A DNA stretch of 63,938 nucleotides, the filler included, from Candidatus Tectimicrobiota bacterium (GTDB lineage Bacteria > JACPSX01): the NCBI GenBank assembly GCA_016193065.1. It is 9 parts of 9 records of this genome, joined end to end, with 100 filler letters (N's around TTAATTAATTAA, not from the genome) between each part and the next. Parts side by side here need not be neighbours in the genome. Positions count along the whole stretch, not along the records: positions 52,970 to 58,089 come from JACPSX010000117.1; positions 58,190 to 63,938 come from JACPSX010000018.1; 7 more parts are not named here. The stretch is one strand, 5' to 3'. This document shows positions 56,707 through 63,938 of this stretch, in pieces. A program made the translations under genes and the position numbers. The notes beneath the pieces were generated by a model. It ran no database searches. It was not told the origin of the DNA and was given only the letters and a program-made list of their open reading frames with translations. Numbering within the stretch: position 1 is the first letter of the stretch; each line of letters starts with the position of its first letter.

Positions 56707-57260
56707 AGGGCCCGGGTCATTTCGTGATCATCACGGCCGTGGGTGAGGATCGCCCGGGGATCATCGCTGCCTTATCCCGGGAAATCTACGAACTGGGGGG
56801 GAACATTGAAGACTCCAGCATGACGATCCTCAAGGGGGATTTTGCGATGATTCTGACCGTGCAGTTCCCAAAGACTCTGGATTGGGAGGAACTGGCCGGC
56901 CGCCTGAAGAGGGTCGAAGAGAACTGCGGGCTCTTGACCTCCCACCGTCTCATGCCGGAACTGGAGTCCCGGCGGGAGAGGGAAGGAGAAACAAATTCCT
57001 ATATCATTTCTGTTTACGGCGCCGATAAGCCCGGCATTTTGTATGGCGTTAGCGATCATCTGGCCCGACACTCGATCAACATCACGGACCTTCGAACCAA
57101 CACCCTGGAACGGGAAGGGGTTCCGGTGTACGTCATGATCTTGGAAGTGGACGTGCCCCCGGAAACAGATTGGGAATCGGTCAATGCCGAACTGACCGAG
57201 ATCTGCCGACGGCTCGCGGTGGACGTAACCGTGCAAGCTCTGGATGAGACCATCCTGTAA
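56700..57260 (+). CDS. Tandem ACT-domain protein (GcvR-like)
   Basis: GEDRPGII...NIEDSSM and GADKPGIL...NITDL. Confidence 0.87.
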   Translation: MVEGPGHFVIITAVGEDRPGIIAALSREIYELGGNIEDSSMTILKGDFAMILTVQFPKTLDWEELAGRLKRVEENCGLLTSHRLMPELESRREREGETNSYIISVYGADKPGILYGVSDHLARHSINITDLRTNTLEREGVPVYVMILEVDVPPETDWESVNAELTEICRRLAVDVTVQALDETIL

Positions 57261-57263
57261 GCC

Positions 57264-57791
57264 ATGCCTGCCCAAACGATCCTGCTCTACCCTGACCCCC
57301 GGCTGAAGGAAATTTCAGCTCCGGTAACCGCCGTCACGGCGGAGATTCGCTCCATTGTCCGGAACCTGCTGGACACGATGAAGGCCCATCCCGGATCTGT
57401 GGGGATCGCGGCGCCGCAAATTGGGGAACTCAAACGGATCATCGTTGTGGATGTCTCCGGTCACAAACGTGCTGGAAACCACCACGGACTTCTGATCCTC
57501 TTGAACCCTGTGATCCGTGAGCGGGACGGAGAGCAGATTGGCCGGGAAGGTTGTCTGAGCATCCCAGATTATACGGCGCGGATTCGGCGAGCTGCCCGCA
57601 TCCGGGTGGAAGCTTATGACTTCAGCTTTTCCTCCATCTGTATCGATGCTTCCGGTTTTGAAGCCGTCGCTTTGCAGCACGAGATTGATCACCTGAACGG
57701 AGTTCTCTTCTTGGATCGGGTTGCCTCCCTCAAGTTGGACCTCTTTCCACGCAAGAATTATCTTCCCCAGCTTGCAAGGCCAAAAGAATAA
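57264..57791 (+). CDS. def: Peptide deformylase
   Basis: GIAAPQIG, EGCLS and QHEIDHLNG. Confidence 0.95.
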   Translation: MPAQTILLYPDPRLKEISAPVTAVTAEIRSIVRNLLDTMKAHPGSVGIAAPQIGELKRIIVVDVSGHKRAGNHHGLLILLNPVIRERDGEQIGREGCLSIPDYTARIRRAARIRVEAYDFSFSSICIDASGFEAVALQHEIDHLNGVLFLDRVASLKLDLFPRKNYLPQLARPKE

Positions 57792-57825
57792 ATAACTTAG
57801 AGGATGTCAGGGGCACGTTCTGGTC

Positions 57826-57875
57826 TTGACTTCTCGTCGGAAGAATCGTATACTAATTCAATTGAAGATATTGAA
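57826..57875 (+). promoter_or_regulatory. Sigma-70 promoter with a downstream TTCAAT-N7-ATTGAA palindrome
   Basis: TTGACT-N17-TATACT (57826-57854); palindrome at 57857-57875. Confidence 0.55.
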
Positions 57876-57891
57876 CGACGGGAGTCATCCG

Positions 57892-58089
57892 ATGTCCGAA
57901 TTGCAGATCAACCTGGCCGATCTTCTCCGGGAACGATTCCCCAACGGAACGCATCCTCTCGTGAACCGCCGTACGGGGGAAGCCTTACGGCGGAACATCG
58001 AGGAGAAACTGAATCAAGCCCCTGAGTCCACCATTGCCTACCTGGATTTTTCCCGGGTTGAGATCATTGATTTCTCCTGTGCCGACGAA
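57892..58089 (+). CDS. Hypothetical STAS-like protein (3' truncated)
   Basis: LVNRRTG...LDFSRVEIIDFSCADE resembles a STAS-type D-x-S motif. Confidence 0.55.
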
Positions 58090-58189
58090 NNNNNNNNNNN
58101 NNNNNNNNNNNNNNNNNNNNNNNNNNNNNNNNNTTAATTAATTAANNNNNNNNNNNNNNNNNNNNNNNNNNNNNNNNNNNNNNNNNNNN
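58090..58189. other. Artificial contig spacer
   Basis: N-TTAATTAATTAA-N. Confidence 0.98.
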
Positions 58190-59863
58190 CCGTGAGATCT
58201 CTTCGCTGACCTCCAGGACCTCGAAAACTCCGGTTCTCCCCAGATAGCCGGTGCTCCGGCACTTGGGACAACCGTCTCCGACGCGGAAGACCCCCATCTC
58301 TACCGCATCGGGTTCCAGGCCCAGGAATGCCAGCTCTTGTCCTTTTAGCTTCTCGCTGCGTGAGCAGTGCGGGCAAATTTTCCGTACCAGGCGTTGAGCG
58401 ACCACTCCGATAATCGTCGAGGAGAGGAGAAACGGTTCAAGCCCCAGATCGACCAGCCGGGTGACTGCCGAGGCTGCATCATTCGTATGCAGGGTACTCA
58501 GGACCAGGTGTCCGGTAAGTGCCGCCTGGACGGCGTTATCCGCCGTCTCCTGATCCCGGATCTCACCGACCATGATGATATCGGGGTCCTGCCGCAAGAT
58601 GCTGCGCAGGCTGCTGGCAAACGTGATCCCCACCTGAGACTGGACCGCCACCTGGTTAAATTCCTCGAAGACCATCTCAATGGGATCCTCGATGGTTGTT
58701 ACATTCATCGCTGGAGTGGCCACAGAGCGCAGAGAAGAGTAAAGGGTGGTTGTTTTTCCGCTCCCCGTGGGTCCTGTAACCAAGATCATGCCATGGGGCC
58801 GCGCCAGAAAGGTGCGGTACAGGGCCAGATCCCGCGTGGAAAAGCCCATCTCCCCGAGTTCCTGAAACAAAATCCGCGGATCAAGGACCCTCATGACCGC
58901 CTTCTCTCCGAAGGCTACCGGAAGCGTGGACACCCTCAGTTCCCGATCCCCTTCCGCATACTGGAGCTTGATGCGCCCGTCCTGGGGACGCCGCTTCTCG
59001 GCAATGTCCAAGCGAGCCAGCATCTTGATGCGGGAGATAATGGCCGGGTAAACTTCCTTTGGAAGCGAGTGGATGTCGTGCAATACCCCGTCAATTCGGA
59101 ATCTCACCAGCGCCCGCTCGCGCTTGGGCTCCAGATGGATATCGCTGGCCCGGTTTTCGATGGCATAGGTGAAGAGGTGGTCGACGGCGCTGCGAATGTG
59201 CTGGTCCGTCGATTCAATCTCGCTCTCGGACTTTACGCGCACATACTGTTCGAGATTTCCCAGGTCGACCAGAGGAGCCACGATCTCTTTGCGAGCAGCC
59301 ATCACGGAGGATTGGAAACCGTAGAACTGCCGGATTGTTTTTAAGATGTCGCTTTTGAGACTCACTACAGGAGCGACCCGAAATCCAGTCACCTGGCGGA
59401 TGCTCTCCTGGAGCTCCAGATCAAAGGGGTTATTAATGGCAACTTTCAACGTCCCCTCTTCCAGAATCAGCGGAACCACCAGGTGCTTGAGGGCAAAGGC
59501 TCGGGGGATCGTGCTGGTGACCACTTCCAGGTCAAGTTCCAGGGGGTCGATCCGTTGAAAGGGGATGCCCGCCGCCTCCGAGACGGCTCGCATGATCACT
59601 TCCTCGGTGAGATGCTCCGCGGGGTTATGGGCCAGAGGCAGTCCCAGCGATGAAACAACATCCACCGCCGTAAGCGCGGGCGGTGCACTGTCCGGACTTC
59701 CGTTCCCATCGCGCTTCGGCAGGTTCCCGTCCTCTCCGCGAACCCTCCCTATTTTTCTCTTCAAGGCCTTTTCCTCGGACAAAATGGAGGACGCCTGCGC
59801 CTTCGTGACGAGCATCGCCCGGCTCAGAATCTCGCAGAGGTGTTCCATTGTGAGGGCAGGCAC
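58190..59863 (-). CDS. GspE/PilB family assembly ATPase (3' truncated)
   Basis: ASDIH-EP, RRPQDGR, GPTGSGKT, TIEDPIE, LRQDPD-VGEIRD, TGHLVLSTLH and two CxxC pairs. Confidence 0.95.
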
Positions 59864-59949
59864 CGCGTCTCTCCTGTCGAGTTTCGAAACTACAGCGAGG
59901 GCCCAACGGGGAAAAACCTGTGTTCATATTAATCGATACGCCCCACATG

Positions 59950-60462
59950 TCAAGGGGAGGGAGGCTCGTAGGGTCCCCAGCCCCGTTCGAGCCGGACCCT
60001 CCCCGTAGCGGATAGGACCGTAATGCGGTACCTCGCTTGGGATCCCCCTAGGAAATAGAGCCCCCCGCTCAGGCCACCCAGGGAGCCATCGGGCCTGAAG
60101 GTCACCGCGTCGCCGGGGAAGGTGACCGGGTCCCCACCCCCTCGGTTGAAAACCACCGAGGAGGGGAGGTCCATTGGAAATCCTTCCCCCACCCACCCGA
60201 GAAAAGCGTCCTTCTTTTCAATCAGGTAATTCGCCCCGTCGGCAAAGAAGCGAACACGATACTCCAGATTGGTCGATACCGCTCGAAACCGGACGTACTG
60301 GAGAGTTGATGCCACCTGGCGCACGGCCCGCCGCGCCTCCAGGGTGTTTAGCCAATTCGGGATATTTACCAGGGTCACGGAAGCGACAATTCCGATAATG
60401 GCAACCACGATGACGACCTCTAGGAGAGTGAAACCCGAGGAACTTCTGGCAAGTGGAGACAT
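59950..60462 (-). CDS. FimT/GspH-type minor pilin
   Basis: Prepilin site G|FTLLE with hydrophobic helix; F-PDG and TGRVR. Confidence 0.88.
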   Translation of the reverse strand: MSPLARSSSGFTLLEVVIVVAIIGIVASVTLVNIPNWLNTLEARRAVRQVASTLQYVRFRAVSTNLEYRVRFFADGANYLIEKKDAFLGWVGEGFPMDLPSSVVFNRGGGDPVTFPGDAVTFRPDGSLGGLSGGLYFLGGSQARYRITVLSATGRVRLERGWGPYEPPSP

Positions 60463-60529
60463 GAGCACCTCCTCCCTGAAGAAAAAGACAGCAATTCCTC
60501 TGCGGGAAACCCAGCGTTTTGTGTCTTGG

Positions 60530-60591
60530 GTCTCCCCGGCGGAAGCCGGGGTCCAGTGGTTCCCCTGGATTCCGGCGTTCGCCGGAATGAC
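60530..60591. repeat. REP-like double palindrome (GTCATTCCGGCG..GCCGGAATCCA family)
   Basis: GTCTCCCCGGCGGAAGCCGGGGTCCAG...CTGGATTCCGGCGTTCGCCGGAATGAC. Confidence 0.75.
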
Positions 60592-60670
60592 GGGGACGAA
60601 ACCGTCACCCCGGTGGAAGCGGATTCCACTCTGATTCGATGCTTTCCCCTGCTAGATGACCGGTTCGCCT

Positions 60671-60686
60671 AGCAAAAGAGGTGCCA
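60671..60686 (-). promoter_or_regulatory. Sigma-54 promoter for the pilin-ATPase genes
   Basis: Minus strand TGGCACCTCTTTTGCT matches TGGCAC-N5-TTGCW. Confidence 0.8.
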
Positions 60687-60802
60687 ACCGGGAGGGAAGC
60701 GCCTTCTGCTAAAGTGATTGCTTCTTTTCAGAGATTTGCGCGGCGGTGAGGCCTGAGGTGGACGGAGGATCCGTGTTTACAACGAAGAAAAGATGTGCAA
60801 TG

Positions 60803-60820
60803 TGCACAATTTTTTGTGCA
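60803..60820. promoter_or_regulatory. Putative enhancer-binding-protein site (UAS)
   Basis: Palindrome TGCACAA-TTTT-TTGTGCA about 120 bp upstream of the -24 box, in an AT-rich stretch. Confidence 0.55.
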
Positions 60821-60827
60821 GTGTCGT

Positions 60828-61823
60828 TCAGGGACGAGAAGGGGTCCTGGCAGGAGCGGAGACTGTCATGAGGTAGCGTTGTACACCCTTGGCGCCGTCC
60901 TTGTCGGTGGCGATAATCTCGATCAGGAAAGTGCCGCTGGACTCCGGACTGAGAGCCCACTGCAGCTTGCCGCTCTGAGGATCGATCGTCATCCCCTTGG
61001 GAACCGAGGGCCCCAAAGAAAAGGTAACGGGATCACCGTCCGGGTCGGAGGCCTTGACCGGGTAAACATAAAGGTTGTTGGCCGTTGGACCGACCGGAGG
61101 TTGAGAGGCAATGACCGGTGGACTGTTGGTGATGGTCACCTCCGCGGAAACCACCCTCGCGCCCCGGGTTTCCCCATCAAAGGGCGTCGCGGCAGCCGAG
61201 ATCCGGTCCCCCTTGCGGACCAGCTCTGGCGGAAGATTCTCCGTCCCCTGCCCGATCACGAGCTCCCCGTTCCGAAACCATTCATAGGAATACGATACGG
61301 TATCTCCGTCCAAGTCCTCGCTCTCCACCTGGATCTGCAGGCGATCCCCTCCGGAAGCGGGTCGGGGGAGAATGGCCAGGGAGCGGACCCTGGGGGAGCT
61401 GTTCAGGATCGGGAGGGGGTCGGATTGCTTGGGATTCCCAACCAAGATCCCATCTGTCGGGGTGACCGCCACGACGACCTGATCTCCCTTGTGAAAACTC
61501 CCCGGCTTCAGCGTGTTTTCTTCTGCCCGGCTTACCACGCTTCCATTGACCCGCCACTCATAGGAATAGCTGACCGGATCCCCATCCGGGTCCTGGCCGG
61601 AAACAATGGCCGTGATGCTGCTGAAGGCGTAAGCCTTCTCGGGGGTCAGCATCACCTGGCGGACAACGGGGGGAGAATTCTGCGTCCGTTGGGAGGGAGG
61701 GGAAGGTGCCTTGGCAGCCGGAGTAGGAGGAGTTTCATTTCCGCCTCCGCACCCCGAAAGGAGCAGAGCGAGTCCGGCCAAGCAAAGAGCCCGGAAAATT
61801 CTCTCTTCGAGGAGGAAGCGCAA
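60828..61823 (-). CDS. Lipoprotein with tandem Ig-like domains
   Basis: Lipobox LSG|C; three NS-P...D-DGD-V-Y repeats; C-terminal putative Ig (GMTIDPQSG-L-W). Confidence 0.82.
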   Translation of the reverse strand: MRFLLEERIFRALCLAGLALLLSGCGGGNETPPTPAAKAPSPPSQRTQNSPPVVRQVMLTPEKAYAFSSITAIVSGQDPDGDPVSYSYEWRVNGSVVSRAEENTLKPGSFHKGDQVVVAVTPTDGILVGNPKQSDPLPILNSSPRVRSLAILPRPASGGDRLQIQVESEDLDGDTVSYSYEWFRNGELVIGQGTENLPPELVRKGDRISAAATPFDGETRGARVVSAEVTITNSPPVIASQPPVGPTANNLYVYPVKASDPDGDPVTFSLGPSVPKGMTIDPQSGKLQWALSPESSGTFLIEIIATDKDGAKGVQRYLMTVSAPARTPSRP

Positions 61824-61925
61824 CTCAAATCTCCTTGTTCACCCCCTCCCTTCCCCTCCCCCCTGGGGAGGGATGGGTGGGGGGGTATTTCGCCATACCT
61901 CGGCCGGTCGCAGCTCTATGCCAAC

Positions 61926-62240
61926 TCACCGGGGCAGCGGTGGGGTCAATATAATCTCCTGGGCCACAAAATACCGTATGCTGGTGGCGTAACCCTTGAC
62001 GGTCACCTCTTTGGAAACCTGCAGGTCCTCAAATGGGACCGGATTGCCGCGCGGGTCGCGGATGGCCGTCGTGCTGCGAACTTCAACAACAATGTCCTCG
62101 ACCCGGATCGACTTGGGCTGTTGCAGGCGGTCCCGGATGACCCCATGAAAGGAAACCAGCTTCTGGTCCTGGGCAAAGGAGACGGAGGTAAGCGAGAGGA
62201 GACAGAGTGCCGCAACCAGAAGCACGGCAACTGATGCCAC
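61926..62240 (-). CDS. Small exported OB-fold-like (DUF5666-like) protein
   Basis: Signal peptide ending SFA; T-I-D-G...DL-V...V-V-G...AQEI pattern. Start uncertain. Confidence 0.55.
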   Translation of the reverse strand: MASVAVLLVAALCLLSLTSVSFAQDQKLVSFHGVIRDRLQQPKSIRVEDIVVEVRSTTAIRDPRGNPVPFEDLQVSKEVTVKGYATSIRYFVAQEIILTPPLPR

Positions 62241-62322
62241 CTCCACCCCTCCCCTCCCCGTGTACCTCGGGTGCGGGAGGGTATGGAAGGGGGGAGTTGC
62301 CGTGCGTTTCATTTCAACTCGC

Positions 62323-62368
62323 AAATCCCCCCTTCCCCCCCTTTTTAAAGGGGGGAGCAGGGGGATTT
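62323..62368. repeat. REP-like palindrome
   Basis: AAATCCCCCC...CCCCCCCTTTTTAAAGGGGGGAGCAGGGGGATTT. Confidence 0.7.
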
Positions 62369-62419
62369 TCTTCAGTGGGGGGGCTATCTGGAGATGATCT
62401 TGTACCGAGCATCTTTCCA

Positions 62420-63938
62420 TTAGAACACCTCCCGCCAGTTCAACAGAGTCTTCAGCGACCCCGTGGAGAGTCCGGTACTGCCGATGACCTGCCCGTCCGA
62501 AGTCCCGACGGTTACGATGACCGACCCGTCGGCCCCCACCGAAACCACCGGCGAGGAAGCCAGTCCGGTCCCCACGCTGATTGCTCGAGCCGATAGAGCT
62601 GCTGCGGTAAACCCGGAAGACTGGACCGCAGCCACATTCGTTGCCCCTCCTCCGGAAAGGAAATGCAGGGCATAGAGCTTGGACGTCCCGCCGCGGACGC
62701 AGGGATCGGCGGACACGGTCGGGGTATAGGTCGAAAAAAACGCGATTTGGTTAAAGACCGTTGGCCGGGAGAGGACCTTCTCTCCCGCCGCCATGCTGAC
62801 GAACCACCCCTTGAAGGGAGCCGCCGGCTCAGAGAACGTGTTCGTACCTGATACGTCCGAAAGATTGGTCTCGTTCAGGGGGGTTATCCCGGACTCGTCG
62901 CGAATCGCATAAAATTTGTTGGTGCTGGCGGCATTTTGCGGATCCTCGCGGTTTCCGCTGCCGAAGTAAACCCACAGCCTCGACTGGGCATCAAAGGCCA
63001 CGGCCGGGGCGTAGTAGAAGGGCTGCGTCGCCGTGGCCGTGTTCGATGTGTTGGCCACAAAGAAACGGCTGCCGGACCAGGAACTGGAATTCGTGCTGGA
63101 GAAGTCGAAGCGCCAGATCTGCCCTCCGAGATCTCCCACGTAGACCCGGTCAATATACCCGTTGCCGTCGGTATCCACGGCCACAGGGGTCGACGGCAGA
63201 CTCCAGGTCAGATACTGTTTGTCTCCCGAGTTTGCGTAGGCGTACTTAAACAGCACGGATCCCGTCTTGATGTCCAGCATGTAGAAGGCATTTCCCCGGG
63301 TCGTCGCGTTCCCTGCTCCGGTGGCGCTCGTGGAATCCCAGCCTCCAGCTACAAGGGCGACCCAGCGCTCCACATCCGTGCTGCCCACCCGCATCTTGAT
63401 CCGGCCAACGACCGGGTCCGACCAGGTTTGCCCCAGATTGGAGTCCGTGAAGGTCCACAGGTAGGAGGGAAAGCTCAGCGCAGTCGGGTCCGTGACATCC
63501 AGGGCAAAATAGCTGTTCCCGCCCTTGCGGTTTCCCCCCACAAGAACCGTGCGCCATTCGTTGGCGGTCTTGGTCGTGTCGGTGCTGGTGGTATAAAACC
63601 ACACATCGGCAACGGAGGCCTTCAAGTCCACGTAGTACTTATGGGGGTTCGTGCGCATGTCCTTCAGGGTTCCCAGCACGTTGGGTGGAATAAACGCCCA
63701 CAGCTCGGTCCCCGTCCCCGCATCATAAGTGCCCGTGTCCGCGTGGAAATCACCGGCGTGAAAAGCGTGGAGCATGCCGTCGTTGGCTCCCACGTACACG
63801 ATTTTCTTGCGGCTGCTGAAGAGCTCTGCAAACCCGCCGCTGCCGCTGAAGCCGTCATCGAAAAAGATCTGGGACGGGGCTCCGACCACCACGGGGGTGG
63901 AATGGAAGATGTCTCCCAGCTTCCAGGTGCGCTCTTCC
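62420..63938 (-). CDS. pilY1: PilY1/PilC beta-propeller C-terminal region (5' outside the window)
   Basis: LGDIFHS, YVGANDGMLHAF, GTELWAFIP, YFALDVT, Ca-loop DTDGNGYID and YVGDLGGQIWRFD. Confidence 0.88.
   Translation of the reverse strand, partial: EERTWKLGDIFHSTPVVVGAPSQIFFDDGFSGSGGFAELFSSRKKIVYVGANDGMLHAFHAGDFHADTGTYDAGTGTELWAFIPPNVLGTLKDMRTNPHKYYVDLKASVADVWFYTTSTDTTKTANEWRTVLVGGNRKGGNSYFALDVTDPTALSFPSYLWTFTDSNLGQTWSDPVVGRIKMRVGSTDVERWVALVAGGWDSTSATGAGNATTRGNAFYMLDIKTGSVLFKYAYANSGDKQYLTWSLPSTPVAVDTDGNGYIDRVYVGDLGGQIWRFDFSSTNSSSWSGSRFFVANTSNTATATQPFYYAPAVAFDAQSRLWVYFGSGNREDPQNAASTNKFYAIRDESGITPLNETNLSDVSGTNTFSEPAAPFKGWFVSMAAGEKVLSRPTVFNQIAFFSTYTPTVSADPCVRGGTSKLYALHFLSGGGATNVAAVQSSGFTAAALSARAISVGTGLASSPVVSVGADGSVIVTVGTSDGQVIGSTGLSTGSLKTLLNWREVF

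Overview
The window is not one locus. It is nine contig fragments joined by 100-bp N/TTAATTAATTAA spacers, probably from a GC-rich metagenome-assembled or single-cell bacterial genome; the many orphan ABC-binding proteins and ThDP enzymes suggest a Tectomicrobia/Binatota/Deltaproteobacteria-like lineage (inference only). Fragments: (1) 1-10719 housekeeping genes: nucleoside phosphorylase, orphan mreB, moaDE, mpg/nth, DUF151-PDZ, M23 peptidase, secA. (2) 10820-28717 a ThDP enzyme behind a long structured leader, orphan ABC substrate-binding proteins, a Type I restriction-modification island with accessory genes, and tkt. (3) 28818-35212 a phage fragment with large terminase, tandem repeats, paired operator/promoters and a tmRNA 3' end. 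(4) acyl-CoA ligase, ftsB, eno. (5) 38832-43436 an egtD - MetE-like - senA/egtB - ABC transporter operon. (6) CDC48-like ATPase, orphan rplC, Grx-TrxB fusion. (7) acyl-CoA ligase, LLM oxidoreductase, Dpp permeases. (8) MBL hydrolase, ThDP enzyme, DEDDh exonuclease, ACT protein, def. (9) type IV pilus genes with a sigma-54 promoter. Top finding: in fragment 5 the MetE-like gene has an in-frame UGA exactly at the zinc-ligand Cys (H-L-U-R-G-N), followed by a bacterial SECIS-like hairpin, and lies between egtD and a selenoneine-synthase-like gene. It is a candidate selenoprotein methyltransferase inside a selenoneine/ergothioneine operon. Caveat: the assembly has other nonsense codons and internal deletions, so read-level validation is needed.
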